Assembly (NCBI GenBank): GCA_001784875.1
Contig: MFSH01000002.1
Coordinates: 1,220-65,219 of the forward strand
Direction: 5' to 3'
Origin: Candidatus Moranbacteria bacterium RIFOXYB1_FULL_43_19
GTDB lineage: Bacteria > Patescibacteriota > Minisyncoccia > Moranbacterales > UBA11712
DNA: 64,000 nucleotides
The notes under the pieces were generated by a model, which made no database searches, had not been told where the DNA came from, and was given only the letters and a program-made list of their open reading frames with translations. Every line of letters begins with the position of its first letter. Position 1 is the stretch's first letter. Positions 43,918-55,070 of this stretch are shown here, piece by piece. The translations under genes were made by a program, and so were the position numbers.

Positions 43918-46527
43918 TCAAACAATTGATATTTTTCCGCCTTTCACACCGACTTTTACCCGGCTTCCTTCTTTTATTTTCCTTTCAATGATCCGAAGGG
44001 CCAATTCGTCCAAAACCATATTCTGAATGGCGCGTTTCAGGGGCCGCGCCCCGAAAACCGGATCAAAGCCGGATTTGGCAAGAAGATTTTCCGCTTCCGG
44101 ATTCACTTCCAGCTTGATATTTTTTTGAAGGAGGCGAAGGCGCACCAGCTCCAGCTGAAGTTCAATGATTCTTTTTATCTGCTCGGTTCCAAGCGGATGG
44201 AAGATTATGGTTTCATCAACCCGGTTCAAAAATTCGGGCTTGAATTTTTCGCGCAAGGATTGCATCACTTTTTCTTTCATTTCTTCTTCGCGAAGAACCA
44301 TTTTTTCGCTTTTCCCGTCACGAAAGCCAAAATCCTGCATTTTGTAGATTATCTCCGAGCCAACGTTTGAAGTCATCACAACAACGGTATTTTTGAAATT
44401 TACCACCCGCCCCTTGGCATCCGTGAGACGCCCTTCGTCAAGAATCTGAAGAAGGACGTTAAATACATCATGATGGGCTTTTTCAATTTCGTCAAAGAGA
44501 ATAAGGCTGTAGGGCCTTCGGCGCACTTTTTCCGTAAGTTGACCACCTTCTTCATATCCGATATATCCCGGGGGAGATCCGACTATTTTGGCCACCGAAT
44601 GCTGCTCCATATATTCACTCATATCCACCCGGATCATGGCGTTTTCGTCGTTGAACAAGAATTCAGACAAGGCTTTGGCCAGTTCTGTTTTTCCAACGCC
44701 TGTCGGCCCAAGAAAAATAAATGATCCGATTGGCCGGTTTTCCTCGGAAATTCCGGCCCTCGAGCGACGCAGGGAATTTGCCACGGCCCGGATAGCCTCA
44801 TCTTGGCCGACTACCCGCTTTTTGAGAACTTCTTCAATTCTCGAGAGTTTTTCCATTTCCCCTTCCAGCATTTTAGTAACTGGAATTCCCGTCCAGCGGG
44901 AAACCACTTTGGCAATATCTTCTTCAGAAACTTCTTCTTTGAGAATCGGGTTCTTTTTTTGGAGTACGACCAGTTTTTTTTGCTCGGTTTTTATTTTCTT
45001 CTCCAGTTCCGGAATCCTTCCGTAGCGAATTTCAGCCACCATAGCCAATTCTCCTTTCTGTTCCTTAATTTCCGACTCGCTTTTCAGCCGGTCAATTTCG
45101 CTTTTATGAGCCCTGATATTGGTAATTAGGTCCTTTTCGCTTTTCCATTGCAATTTCCAGCTGTTCACTTTTTCCTTGATGTCGGCCAGCTTCCTTTCGA
45201 TTTCTTTGAGGCGTTTTTTGGAATTTTTGTCCTTTTCTTTTTTGATGGCTTCTTTTTCGATTTCCAGTTTTCTTTTCTGGTGTTCAAGGTCGTCAATTTC
45301 AGCCGGCAAGCTGTCAATTTCCATTCGGAGCGCCGAAGAAGCCTCGTCGATGAGATCCACCGCTTTGTCGGGAAGATTGCGGTCCGTGATATAGCGGCTC
45401 GATAATTTGGCGGCCGCGACAAGCGCCGCGTCAGTCACTCGGACTCCGTGATGAACTTCGTATTTTTCCTTGAGTCCCCGGAGAATGGCAACCGTGTCTT
45501 CAACTGAAGGCTCGCTGACATACACCGGCTGAAAACGCCTCTCGAGAGCAGCGTCGCGCTCGATATATCTTTGATATTCCTTGAGAGTTGTCGCGCCGAT
45601 GGCTTTTATTTTTCCGCGGGCCAGGGCGGGTTTGAGCATATTCGATGCGTCCATTGCCCCTTCCATCGCCCCGGCTCCGACCAGAGTGTGAAGCTCGTCA
45701 ATAAACAAAATATAGCGGCCGGCCGATTTTTCGATTTCCTTGATAACCGCTTTGAACCGCTCTTCAAATTCCCCCCTGAATTTCGAACCGGCCAGAAGAA
45801 GTCCCAGGTCAAGCATCAGAATCTCTTTTCCTTTCAAGTTTTCCGGAACATCGCCGGCCACGATCCGCTGGGCGAGCCCCTCGACAATGGCTGTTTTTCC
45901 GGTTCCGGCTTCGCCAATCAGGACCGGATTGTTTTTTGTCCGGCGCGTGAGCACCTGCATGATGCGGCGGATTTCTTCCTCGCGGCCCACGACCGGATCA
46001 AGTTTTTTCTGGGCCGCTTCTTGAGTTAGGTTTATGGTGAATTTTTCAAGCACTTGGTATTTTCCTTCCGGCATCGGACTGTCCACTTTTTGGCTCCCGC
46101 GAACTTCTTTCAATATTTTTGCGACTTTGCTCTTCGCAATCCCGTTTGCTTCCATCATTTTTTTGGCGTTGCTCGGCACCTCAAGAAGAGCCAAAAACAT
46201 GTGCTCGGTGCTGACAAATTCGTCTCCCATCGCTTTGGCCTGACTGAAGGATTCTTGAAGGACGCTTGCCATTTCAGTGGAAAGATAAAACTGGGGCGTG
46301 CCGGTCACCTTCGGAATTTTTTCTATGTCGGCGTATATCTTTTGCTTCAGTTTTTCCCTTTCTACCTCAAGTTTATCGATAATCGTCGGAACAATGCTTT
46401 CCTGCTGGCCGAGAAGGATGTAAAGAAGATGCAAAACATCCACCATATTTTGCTGGAGATTTTGTGAAATTTGCTGGGCTCCCTGGAGAGCCTCCTGTGA
46501 TTTGACAGTAAGCTTATTTAAGTCCAT
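43918..46527 (-). CDS. clpB: ATP-dependent chaperone ClpB
   Basis: 869 aa with two AAA+ modules ([18 protein letters not shown]), the middle coiled-coil and the Clp N-domain. Confidence 0.9.
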   Translation of the reverse strand: MDLNKLTVKSQEALQGAQQISQNLQQNMVDVLHLLYILLGQQESIVPTIIDKLEVEREKLKQKIYADIEKIPKVTGTPQFYLSTEMASVLQESFSQAKAMGDEFVSTEHMFLALLEVPSNAKKMMEANGIAKSKVAKILKEVRGSQKVDSPMPEGKYQVLEKFTINLTQEAAQKKLDPVVGREEEIRRIMQVLTRRTKNNPVLIGEAGTGKTAIVEGLAQRIVAGDVPENLKGKEILMLDLGLLLAGSKFRGEFEERFKAVIKEIEKSAGRYILFIDELHTLVGAGAMEGAMDASNMLKPALARGKIKAIGATTLKEYQRYIERDAALERRFQPVYVSEPSVEDTVAILRGLKEKYEVHHGVRVTDAALVAAAKLSSRYITDRNLPDKAVDLIDEASSALRMEIDSLPAEIDDLEHQKRKLEIEKEAIKKEKDKNSKKRLKEIERKLADIKEKVNSWKLQWKSEKDLITNIRAHKSEIDRLKSESEIKEQKGELAMVAEIRYGRIPELEKKIKTEQKKLVVLQKKNPILKEEVSEEDIAKVVSRWTGIPVTKMLEGEMEKLSRIEEVLKKRVVGQDEAIRAVANSLRRSRAGISEENRPIGSFIFLGPTGVGKTELAKALSEFLFNDENAMIRVDMSEYMEQHSVAKIVGSPPGYIGYEEGGQLTEKVRRRPYSLILFDEIEKAHHDVFNVLLQILDEGRLTDAKGRVVNFKNTVVVMTSNVGSEIIYKMQDFGFRDGKSEKMVLREEEMKEKVMQSLREKFKPEFLNRVDETIIFHPLGTEQIKRIIELQLELVRLRLLQKNIKLEVNPEAENLLAKSGFDPVFGARPLKRAIQNMVLDELALRIIERKIKEGSRVKVGVKGGKISIV

Positions 46528-46635
46528 TATTTTGTAATTTATTGATTAGCACTCTCTTCAGACGAGTGCTAATTTATTATACTTTCTTCATGCATTATGT
46601 CAAGACATAGTTTATTACGAAAAAGTTCGCCAAGT

Positions 46636-47259
46636 TTATTCATTCTGATTCACCAGCGGAACGAACGCAAATCCCGGATATTCAACTTCATGAAAAACTT
46701 TGTCAGAAATTTTTTCAACCGTCCAGATGCTGTTTTTCACCGGAATCACGAGGCGCCCGCCGACGGCTAATTGCTTTTTAAGCTCTATCGGAATTTCATC
46801 CGCGGCGGCGGAAACCAGGATGCGCTGGTAGGGCGCTTCATTGACATAACCTTTAGATCCGTCAGCGCAGATGATTTTCACCCGTCCGCCCTCGACGAGG
46901 TGATATTTGCTCACGTTATTCATCCCGAAATGGCAAAGATCTTTGAATCTTTCCATTCCGATGATTTTTCCTTTTTCTCCGACAATATAAGCGAGAAGCG
47001 CTGTTGTCCAACCGGAACCGGAGCCGATATCCAGAACTTTATCTCCCGGCAGAGCCCCGAGTTCTTCCAGCATAAAAGCCACCGTAAGTGGCTGGGAAAT
47101 GGTCTGCCCCTGTCCAATGGGGAGCGGAATATTGGCTTGTGAGGCGCTTTCCAGTTCAACTGGCACGAAATCCACCCGCCGGACTTTCGAAAAAGCGTCA
47201 ATTATCCGGTCTGTTTTGAGATAACCCTGATATATCAAATCCTTTATCAAGTTATTCAT
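46636..47259 (-). CDS. pcm: Protein-L-isoaspartate O-methyltransferase
   Basis: 207 aa. The SAM motif is VLDIGSGSGWTTALLA. Confidence 0.8.
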   Translation of the reverse strand: MNNLIKDLIYQGYLKTDRIIDAFSKVRRVDFVPVELESASQANIPLPIGQGQTISQPLTVAFMLEELGALPGDKVLDIGSGSGWTTALLAYIVGEKGKIIGMERFKDLCHFGMNNVSKYHLVEGGRVKIICADGSKGYVNEAPYQRILVSAAADEIPIELKKQLAVGGRLVIPVKNSIWTVEKISDKVFHEVEYPGFAFVPLVNQNE

Positions 47260-47396
47260 AGATTTTAAAAATCCTAAATCCTAATATCTAAATTCTAAAC
47301 AACACTAAAATCTAAAAAACCAAACTCGAAACGTTTCGAAAATTTGGATTTTGATATTTGGATTTGTTTAGGATTTAGTGCTTGGGATTTAGGATT

Positions 47397-47837
47397 TCAC
47401 TCGCCGATTATTTGCACAATCACTTTCCTTTTTCTCCCCCCGTCCATTTCGACCAGGAAAATTTTTTGGAGGCTTCCCAAAAGCATTTTTCCATTTTCGA
47501 CCGGCACGGTTTCACTAACTCCGATAAGAAGGTTCTTGCAATGGCTGTGGCCATTGCTTCTCCCGTCGGAGCGGGTTGTTCGTTTCAGCTCAAAAAGGTC
47601 ATGGGAATATCTCTCGTCAATCGGCACCAGCCGATAAAGGAGCCTTTGGAAATCCTGGAGAAGCAAAGATTCATTTTCGTTTATGGTGATTCCGGCCGTT
47701 GTGTGTCCGGAGAAAACCAGCACTTGTCCGTTTTGAATCTTTGATTCCTTGACGGCTTCATCGACTTCGTGAGTAATGTCTATGAATTCAATTTGGCTTC
47801 GAGATTCCTGTTCAATTGTTTTTTTGTGTATTTTCAT
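47397..47837 (-). CDS. YjbQ/UPF0047-family protein (secondary thiamine-phosphate synthase-like)
   Basis: 146 aa. The block FSGHTTAGITINEN...GHSHCK is typical of YjbQ. Confidence 0.65.
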   Translation of the reverse strand: MKIHKKTIEQESRSQIEFIDITHEVDEAVKESKIQNGQVLVFSGHTTAGITINENESLLLQDFQRLLYRLVPIDERYSHDLFELKRTTRSDGRSNGHSHCKNLLIGVSETVPVENGKMLLGSLQKIFLVEMDGGRKRKVIVQIIGE

Positions 47838-47929
47838 TTTTATATAAGAAATTAGATATAAGAAAGCAAAAACAAAATTAGAAATAAAAAAGACAGAAAA
47901 TAAATTTCTTATTTTTTATTTCTTATATC

Positions 47930-49072
47930 TTATCTGAAAGCTCCTGCCACTGCCTTCGCCACCCGCTTGTCCAGCACTTCTGGCACAATTCTATCATTTT
48001 TTGGGTTTTTCACCAAGCCTGCAATGGCGAGAGCCGCTTTTATCTTGATTTTGTCTGAAATAATTTTTGTCCGGGTGTCGAGCGCGCCTCGGAAAATTCC
48101 CGGAAAAACAAGAGCGTTGTTAATTTGATTTGGAAAATCGCTCCGGCCTGTTGCAACAACTGTTGCTCCGCCCAATTTGGCTTCCTTATAGGATATTTCC
48201 GGTTCCGGATTGCACATGGCGAAAACGATTGCTCTCTTGTTCATCTTCGAAATATCCGATTTTTTCAGGAGATTTGACGCCGAAACTCCGACAAAAACAT
48301 CGGCTCCCTGAAGAGCTGTTCCCAAATCCTTTATGTATCTGTCATTGTTCGTCGCGCAGGCAATTTCTTTTTTAGCGCCCTGCACATCTCGCGCGCACCG
48401 GCAGCAAAGCGACCCCTTGCTGTCAAAAACAATGATATTTCTGGCTCCATATTTTTTCAGCAGTTTCGTGATAGCTGTTCCCGCCGCTCCCGCACCGGAA
48501 ACCACGATCCGGACACGGCTGATATCTTTCTTTACGACTTTGAGCGCGTTTATGAGACCCGCCAGAACGGCAATGGCCGTCCCATGCTGGTCATCATGAA
48601 AAACGGGAATATCCAGCTCCCTAACCAGTTTCTCTTCAATTTCAAAACATCTCGGAGCGGAAATATCCTCAAGGTTGATTCCACCAAATCCGGAAGCAAT
48701 ATTTTTCACCGTTTCAATGATTTTTGTCGTGTTTTGAGTGCTCAAGACTATCGGCACAGCATCAATATTCGCCAGTTCTTTGAAAAGCGCCGCTTTCCCT
48801 TCCATCACCGGAAGCGCCGCCTCCGGGCCCAAATTCCCCAATCCAAGAACTGCGCTGCCGTCTGTCACAATTGCCACATTGCTGCCTTTCCAAGTGAGAT
48901 CATAGACCCGTTTTTTTTTCCTTGCTATTTTTTGAGAAAGTTTGGCAACACCGGGAGTATAGATTAGCGGTAAATTATGCTTCGTAAGTTTATTGCGACT
49001 TCTGATTTCTATCTTAGATCCGGATATACGTTTAATTGAATTTTGAATTTTGAATTTTGAATTTTGAATCAA
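47930..49072 (-). CDS. NAD(P)-dependent malic enzyme (short form)
   Basis: 380 aa. It has LIYTPGVA and the Rossmann motif GAGAAG. Confidence 0.8.
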   Translation of the reverse strand: MIQNSKFKIQNSIKRISGSKIEIRSRNKLTKHNLPLIYTPGVAKLSQKIARKKKRVYDLTWKGSNVAIVTDGSAVLGLGNLGPEAALPVMEGKAALFKELANIDAVPIVLSTQNTTKIIETVKNIASGFGGINLEDISAPRCFEIEEKLVRELDIPVFHDDQHGTAIAVLAGLINALKVVKKDISRVRIVVSGAGAAGTAITKLLKKYGARNIIVFDSKGSLCCRCARDVQGAKKEIACATNNDRYIKDLGTALQGADVFVGVSASNLLKKSDISKMNKRAIVFAMCNPEPEISYKEAKLGGATVVATGRSDFPNQINNALVFPGIFRGALDTRTKIISDKIKIKAALAIAGLVKNPKNDRIVPEVLDKRVAKAVAGAFR

Positions 49073-49175
49073 TTTATAATGATTGAATTTATAATTTCGA
49101 AATTAAGTAATTCAAAATTAATTCGAAATTCGAAATTGGAAATTCAAAATTAAATCTAATAAATGGCAAGCCAAT

Positions 49176-50102
49176 TTAAGTTGATATCTGCAATTTTTTA
49201 TAAACGCTTCCCGCCGCCACCGCTCCTTCCGCCGCCGCAGTGATAATCTGCCTCAATTTGTTTGATCCGTTGGTTGCGTCTCCCGCCGCCCAAACACACA
49301 GAGCATTCGTACTTTGGCCGGAATCCACCTTAATATATCCCTGCTCATCCGTTTCCACGCCCAGCTGTTTTGTGAGTTCGATTCCCGGCTCGCTTCCGAT
49401 TTCAATGAAAACGCCCTGAACTGCCAATTCGCCGCTCCCATCTCGCTCCTTGTCCAGAACAATTTTTTCAACCGCCTTATCCCCTTTTATCTCTTTGATA
49501 TTCGTATTATAAATAATTTCTATTTTCCCCTCGGCTGAAATTTTCTCCCCGTAAGCCGGATCCACTTTGAGTTTTTCTCCCCGATAGATCAAATATACTT
49601 TTCTAGCGTATTGAGCAAGAAGCAAAGCGGCTGACCCGGCGCTGTTTCCCCCGCCGACGACGGCCGCAATTTTATCTTTGAAAAAAGCCGCGTCGCAAGT
49701 CGGGCAATACGAAACTCCCTTGCCCTTGAATTCAGTTTCCCCGGGAATTTCAAGTTTCCTGTATTCCATTCCCGAAGCCAAAATGATATTTTTTGCGTGG
49801 TACTGGGAGGCATGAGCCGTGATCTTGAATATATCCCCTTCCTTGGCGACGCTGGATACTGAATCCATCAGAATTTCTGCTCCCAATTTCTCGGCGTGCT
49901 GGCGCATTTTCTGGAGAAGCTCAAAGCCGGATATTGAAATCGTCCCCGGCCAGTTTTCAATCTGGTGGGCTTCGTTGGCTTGTCCGCCGGGCTCTTTGCC
50001 AACCACGAGATGCTTCACCTTGTATCGGGAAGAATAGATTGAAGCTGTGAGCCCCGCCGGCCCGGAACCAATTATCATTAAATCATAAATCTTGTTTTCC
50101 AT
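49176..50102 (-). CDS. trxB: Thioredoxin-disulfide reductase
   Basis: 308 aa. The FAD motif GSGPAG, the redox CPTCDA (CxxC) and the NADPH motif GGGNSA are present. Confidence 0.85.
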   Translation of the reverse strand: MENKIYDLMIIGSGPAGLTASIYSSRYKVKHLVVGKEPGGQANEAHQIENWPGTISISGFELLQKMRQHAEKLGAEILMDSVSSVAKEGDIFKITAHASQYHAKNIILASGMEYRKLEIPGETEFKGKGVSYCPTCDAAFFKDKIAAVVGGGNSAGSAALLLAQYARKVYLIYRGEKLKVDPAYGEKISAEGKIEIIYNTNIKEIKGDKAVEKIVLDKERDGSGELAVQGVFIEIGSEPGIELTKQLGVETDEQGYIKVDSGQSTNALCVWAAGDATNGSNKLRQIITAAAEGAVAAGSVYKKLQIST

Positions 50103-50271
50103 AAGTGTAGCTTAATACAAGAAAATTATGCAATTCAACCAAAAATTCTAAATCCCAAGCACTAAATCCTAAATAAATTCAAATATCAAAAATAAAATTT
50201 TCAAAAAGTTTTGAGTTTTGGTAATTCAGACTTTGAAATTGTTTAGGATTTAGAAATTAGAATTTAGGATT

Positions 50272-50586
50272 TCACACCTTTTCTAGCTCTTCCTTCAATC
50301 CTTCTTTTGATTGCGCTCCCACCAATTGCTGCATTTCCTTGCCTCCTTTGAAAATAATCAATGTTGGAATTGACATTATCCCGTATTTCGCCGCCGTTTC
50401 GCGGTTTTCATCAACGTTTACTTTCCCGACTTTGAATTTATCCTTCACTTCTTCCGCCAATTCCTCGATAATCGGCCCCATCATCTGGCAGGGTCCGCAC
50501 CAGGCCGCCCAAAAATCAACGAGGACCGGCTTGTCGCTTTTCAAAACTTCGGCTTCAAAATTTTGGTCTGTGAACTCATGCGCCAT
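50272..50586 (-). CDS. trxA: Thioredoxin
   Basis: 104 aa with the WAAWCGPCQ active site. Confidence 0.9.
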   Translation of the reverse strand: MAHEFTDQNFEAEVLKSDKPVLVDFWAAWCGPCQMMGPIIEELAEEVKDKFKVGKVNVDENRETAAKYGIMSIPTLIIFKGGKEMQQLVGAQSKEGLKEELEKV

Positions 50587-50597
50587 ATTTTTTATTC

Positions 50598-51119
50598 TTA
50601 AGTTTTTTTACGATTTAGATAAACAAGCGCTCCTCCCCCGACAAGAACGAGCGCAAAGATTAATACGGGAAAAATGCTTTTTTTGTTTCCGTTTTCATTT
50701 CGAACCGGCTGGCTTTCCTGCTTGGTGTCATTTTCATTTGCATTTTCAGCATTTCCCGCGTCCGGCAACACATTGGCGTTCTCCGCCAAGTCGATTTCTC
50801 GGACAAAATTATCAATAATCGGCTGATCGCCAACAATAAACTTATCAGCAAAAGCAATTGCCGGAACGCTTCCCTTGAACTCACTGTTGAACTTTTCTCC
50901 GAATTTCATGAGAAGTCGCGCGTTGAAAGGATTTGAAAATTCGAGTTTGGTGATGTCATACTTTTCGTGTATCCCATTCGCCTGGAAATATTCGTCCACG
51001 TTTTTGCAATGTGGACACTGCTCACCGTAGAAATAGTAGGCCTTTTTTTTAGAGCTGTCCTGAGCAAACACAAGAACGGGAATGACAAAGGCTAACGCAA
51101 ACAAAAATATTTTTTTCAT
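50598..51119 (-). CDS. Secreted thioredoxin-fold (CPHC) thiol-disulfide oxidoreductase with a C-terminal membrane anchor
   Basis: It has a signal peptide, the active site YGEQCPHCKN, and a C-terminal transmembrane segment after an Asn-rich linker. Confidence 0.55.
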   Translation of the reverse strand: MKKIFLFALAFVIPVLVFAQDSSKKKAYYFYGEQCPHCKNVDEYFQANGIHEKYDITKLEFSNPFNARLLMKFGEKFNSEFKGSVPAIAFADKFIVGDQPIIDNFVREIDLAENANVLPDAGNAENANENDTKQESQPVRNENGNKKSIFPVLIFALVLVGGGALVYLNRKKT

Positions 51120-51231
51120 AAAATTTCTAATTTTTTAATTTTAAATTTTGAATGACCGAATTTTAAATATTTCAAAATTAACTAATTCGAAACTGATTCG
51201 AAATTCGAAATTAGAAATTCAAAATTGCACG

Positions 51232-51948
51232 TCAGCGTCCAAATCTCCTTGCTCGCCTTGAATAATCCGCAATCGCTTCACGCATTTTCTTTTCATTGAA
51301 ATCCGGCCAGAGAACGGGCGAAAAATACATTTGGGCGTTCCGAAGGTCCCACATCATGAAACCGGCGCTCATATGCGGCTCGCCGCCCGTGCGGACAAGA
51401 AGATCAACCGGCGGAAGATCCCGCGTCATTAGGTGGTCCTTTATCATCTTTGACGTAATACGCTTCATTTTGCCTTTGCATTTCTCAATGAGGCTGTTCG
51501 CCGCCTCAACCAGCTCGTCGTCTCCTGAATAGGCTAAAAGAAAATTGAGGAAAAATTTCTGGTATTTTTCTGTTTCGCGCATGCACTTCCGGATGATTTT
51601 TTTGATCGTTTCCGGAAATTGTTCCTCCCATTTTCCTATTACATTCACCCGCACCTCATTTTTGTGGATATCTTCGCTGTCAATCAACTTCAAAAAGTAC
51701 CTCCGATATATATCGAGCAGCGCTTTTTTTTCACGAAACGGCCTTTTGCGGAGATTATCAAGCGACGATCCCCAGAAAGTGACGTACTTCACTCCCAAAT
51801 CCAAATTTTCCCGCAAAACTTTTTCGAGATTCTTTGCTCCCGCGTCATGGCCGTCCCAGGGCTTGAGTCCTTTTTTCTTCGCCCAGCGCCGATTTCCGTC
51901 AGGAATGATAGCGACGTGGGTAGGAATGTTTTTAAACTTATCGGACAT
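51232..51948 (-). CDS. uppS: Undecaprenyl-diphosphate synthase (cis-prenyltransferase)
   Basis: 238 aa. HVAIIPDGNRRWA and other UPPS blocks are present. Confidence 0.85.
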   Translation of the reverse strand: MSDKFKNIPTHVAIIPDGNRRWAKKKGLKPWDGHDAGAKNLEKVLRENLDLGVKYVTFWGSSLDNLRKRPFREKKALLDIYRRYFLKLIDSEDIHKNEVRVNVIGKWEEQFPETIKKIIRKCMRETEKYQKFFLNFLLAYSGDDELVEAANSLIEKCKGKMKRITSKMIKDHLMTRDLPPVDLLVRTGGEPHMSAGFMMWDLRNAQMYFSPVLWPDFNEKKMREAIADYSRRARRFGR

Positions 51949-52024
51949 AATAAAAACAAAATTAGAAAGTCCAGCTTTCCGTTTGGTCTAAGATAATTTT
52001 ATAACAGAAATGAATATAAGACAA

Positions 52025-52166
52025 ATATTTTGTTTATTGTAACAAGGCTGTGGGCAGTGGGTCTGGTTATCGGTCATAAGTTACTGGATTTATTTTATAA
52101 TGACCCAAGACCAAAAACTAAAGACCTGTCCCACAGCCAATGACCATTGTAACCAACGACCAAAAC
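52025..52166. repeat. Intergenic repeat family, copy 4
   Basis: TTGTAACAAGGCTGTGGGCAGTGGGTCTGGTTATCGGTCATAAGTTACTGG...AAAGACCTGTCCCACAGCCAATGACCATTGTAAC. Confidence 0.7.
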
Positions 52167-53285
52167 CTAGACCTCCCTCTTCACTATATAATCCGCGATT
52201 CCGACCAGGAATTCCCTGGTAACTTTTTCAAAGTCAGATTTTTCAATGGCTTTTTTGCCCCTTTCGACATATTTTTTCGCCAAAGCTTGGGAATAGTCGA
52301 GGGAGCCAGTTTCCCGTATCGTTTGCCTGAAGCTTTCTATGCCACTTTCAGAAACATTTTTATTCCCTAAAAGTTTTTTTATCAGCCTTTTCTGCTCCGC
52401 ATTTCCATTCTCGAGCGCTTTGGCAATGAGAAGGGTCTGTTTCCCTTCCCGAAGATCGGAACAGACCGGCTTGCCCAGTTTTTTCTCATCTCCGAAAGCT
52501 CCCAGGATGTCGTCCTGAATTTGGAAAGCAATTCCCACTGGAACGGCGTATTCGCTCAAGACTTTCAGCATTTTTTCATCCGCGCCGGCGAGAAGCGCAC
52601 CGAGATGTAGCGGGCCTTCGACCGTATACTTGGCAGTTTTGTTCCGATGGACCTCGAGAATTTCTTTTTCGCTTGCCTGGCCTTTGGCTTCGAGCATCAC
52701 GTCCAAAATTTCCCCGGAAACAGTGTTTACGACAATTTCCTGAAGTTTGGAAAGGGCCTTCTGCTTTCTCTCTGGCGCAAAGCGGGAATTGAAGATTATG
52801 TCGTTTCCAAAGGCCGCCGCCATGTCCCCAACTACAATCGCCATCGAATCCCCGAAATGCTTCGGGTCAACTTTTTTATAAAATCTTTTCGCCAGATTTT
52901 CATATTTTTTGTGGATCGCCTGGACTCCATGGCGGAAATCGTCCCGGTCAATTATATCATCGTGGATGAGAAGAAAAATATGAGTGAGCTCGATGCTCAT
53001 TGAGGCTTCGATGATTTTTTCAAAGTCCTTGCCGTTTGCCGCCCGGTATCCCCAATACATAAAACTGGCCCGCACCCGTTTCCCGCCGGCGAGCAACATA
53101 TCGCGAATGCTTTTCACCGCGTCCCGCGCCGATGGCCCAACCTCGTGCATTTCCTGAAGCTTTTTGGTGAAATATTGGGCAAGTTTCTGGTCAAGCGCTT
53201 TTTTGTAGTTTTGCAGTTCGATTTTGGCGTCCATATAATCTAAATATGCTTTATATAAAGCAATTTGTTGGATTTTATTTGACAA
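52167..53285 (-). CDS. trans-Polyprenyl diphosphate synthase (IspA/GGPPS family) with an N-terminal extension
   Basis: FARM (LIHDDIID) and SARM (FQIQDDILG) motifs are present. Confidence 0.75.
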   Translation of the reverse strand: MSNKIQQIALYKAYLDYMDAKIELQNYKKALDQKLAQYFTKKLQEMHEVGPSARDAVKSIRDMLLAGGKRVRASFMYWGYRAANGKDFEKIIEASMSIELTHIFLLIHDDIIDRDDFRHGVQAIHKKYENLAKRFYKKVDPKHFGDSMAIVVGDMAAAFGNDIIFNSRFAPERKQKALSKLQEIVVNTVSGEILDVMLEAKGQASEKEILEVHRNKTAKYTVEGPLHLGALLAGADEKMLKVLSEYAVPVGIAFQIQDDILGAFGDEKKLGKPVCSDLREGKQTLLIAKALENGNAEQKRLIKKLLGNKNVSESGIESFRQTIRETGSLDYSQALAKKYVERGKKAIEKSDFEKVTREFLVGIADYIVKREV

Positions 53286-53409
53286 AAGAGATTTTTTTGA
53301 TTATTATATTAGCTAACAAATAGAAAAGAAAGGAGGTCCTTTGCAGCGGCAAGGGTGGCGGAATGATCAACCGCCGAAGCCATTCTTGAACAAACTATTA
53401 TTTTAAGGA

Positions 53410-53595
53410 GTGGGTTTTATGACTGGAGTATGGTCATTAAAGGGTAAAGGACCCGAAAAAAAAGTGATTGGGAGCCCTGTTGAAGCAGCAAATGCCCTCG
53501 ACTCCCTCGGCTATTCGGAAATGACTTACGTGGGTCCAGCGCCCGCCATCAACGGAAGGAGCAAAACCTTCAACTCCAGACGCAGGGATAATTAA
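53410..53595 (+). CDS. Small hypothetical protein
   Basis: 61-aa ORF (likely ATG at 53419) with a TAAGGAG RBS. It is followed by two hairpin/T-run terminators (53660-53681 and 53710-53733). Confidence 0.35.
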   Translation: MGFMTGVWSLKGKGPEKKVIGSPVEAANALDSLGYSEMTYVGPAPAINGRSKTFNSRRRDN

Positions 53596-53777
53596 CCCTG
53601 TATAACCGCTAACATACCGCCCTGCGGCACTAGGACGCCATCGCGCGTATCATTACCTAGTGCCCGGGGCACCTTTTTTTATAAGGACAATTGATACAAA
53701 ACTGCAAATCGCCTAACCCAGGCGTTTTTTTTATTCTAAAATACAAAATACTAGATACCAAATACTATATACTATTT

Positions 53778-53849
53778 TTGACCCTACGGGGAATCGAACC
53801 CCGGTTACCAGGATGAGAACCTGGCGTCCTGGCCGCTAGACGATAGGGC
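53778..53849 (-). tRNA. tRNA-Glu (CTC)
   Basis: Acceptor GGCCCTA/TAGGGTC, anticodon stem CCAGG/CCTGG with loop TTCTCAT, T-loop TTCGATT. No encoded CCA. Confidence 0.7.
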
Positions 53850-54198
53850 CGCAATATTTTCAAGGATGCCTGTCCGCCTGTGGTGGAAGAACCTAGTGTC
53901 CTGGGCCGGGCTAGACCTGCCCGAAATGCTTTCATCTTTAGTTTGCTCGCTCGAGAATAAAACTATCTTGGTCTTGATTGGGCCTTTATACTATTAAATA
54001 ATAGCATTTCAAAGCAGGCGGGCGAACTCAGCATATGAATAAACGGGTGTACCAACCCATACATTACACAAAAATTCCTCTTTTGTCTACAAGATACAAG
54101 TAGCGAGAATGTAACTAGTATCCGCATCATTGCGCTATTGCATTGATTCAACAATACCGGGTAACAAACTTTGTTTTGATACTCCAGAACATTGAAGC

Positions 54199-54250
54199 AA
54201 AATAAAGCACTACCGTTATCTGTAATACGGTAGTGCTTTATTTTCTTGTT
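54199..54250 (+). terminator. Long perfect hairpin (14-18 bp stem) followed by a T-run
   Basis: AAAATAAAGCACTACCGT-tatctgtaat-ACGGTAGTGCTTTATTTT then TCTTGTT. It lies in a gene-free region. Confidence 0.45.
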
Positions 54251-55070
54251 GATATTTTATTCGGATAATTAAAATTTTTCCAAAAAGAAAAGGGGCCAGC
54301 TGAAGTAAACTGGACCCCGAGAGTAAAAAGAGTATCAGGATTCGCATTTGTATTTCTCCGTTGAGAATCAAGCTGAGGGTTGGCGAAGGATTTGATGGGT
54401 TCCCAGGTGCTGGAACAGTGTGCCCCTATACGTTGGGCACACGTGCGTTTGGCTATTTCCGCAACGCTTATTTGCAGCGTTCCATTCCCACCAGAGACAG
54501 TTGACACATTCTCCCTTCCTTGCCTCGTTAAGGCAAATCTGGCCAACATTTTTTAAATCTACCATGACGCCTCCTCGAGACCCCTTGGGGGGATCCGGAA
54601 AAATTTTATAAAAAATTTGGTTAGTCTTGCGCCCGACTTGAGAATCAAATTTTCGTTTGATTCCTAAATCGGACCCAAGACTTCCCGTTCTTTCCTCCTG
54701 AAAACCCCGCACCAGTTCCGGCTATTTTTTTTCCAAAATTCACGAAATAGCGCGAAGCGGCTTCGCCCCTAGACGGTTCAAAAACCAAGATTGTAGCTTG
54801 AACTGGCGCGGGGTAAACACAAAACGACCCAGCGTATCGCATGGATCGTTTGTTAAAGAGCTGACGGCTGTCCCCTACTTGCCCCGTTAAATTCGCGAAG
54901 CGAATATTTAATGGGGTTTATTTTCACAACCGCAAGCTCTCTTTAGATATTTAATTTTCCCGAATTTTATTTTCCTCTTTTCATTTCAACGCTTCTTTAT
55001 TTTATTCCTCTTAACAGACTGCTGTCAATAGGGTTTATCCACAGGCTTTTTTTATTATATTTATCACTAA

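Noticed and set aside
54238-54712. Two overlapping minus-strand ORFs (103 and 114 aa) in the gene-free region
   Set aside because: They are mutually overlapping, with odd composition (Cys/Trp/Arg-rich) and no RBS. The region is better explained as noncoding or structured RNA.
54690-54730. RNase P RNA P4-like match on the minus strand
   Set aside because: Only a loose resemblance to GGAAAGTCCGGGCTCC. No second conserved block (ACAGAACCCGGCTTA-like) was found by eye. This needs a covariance-model search before it can be called.
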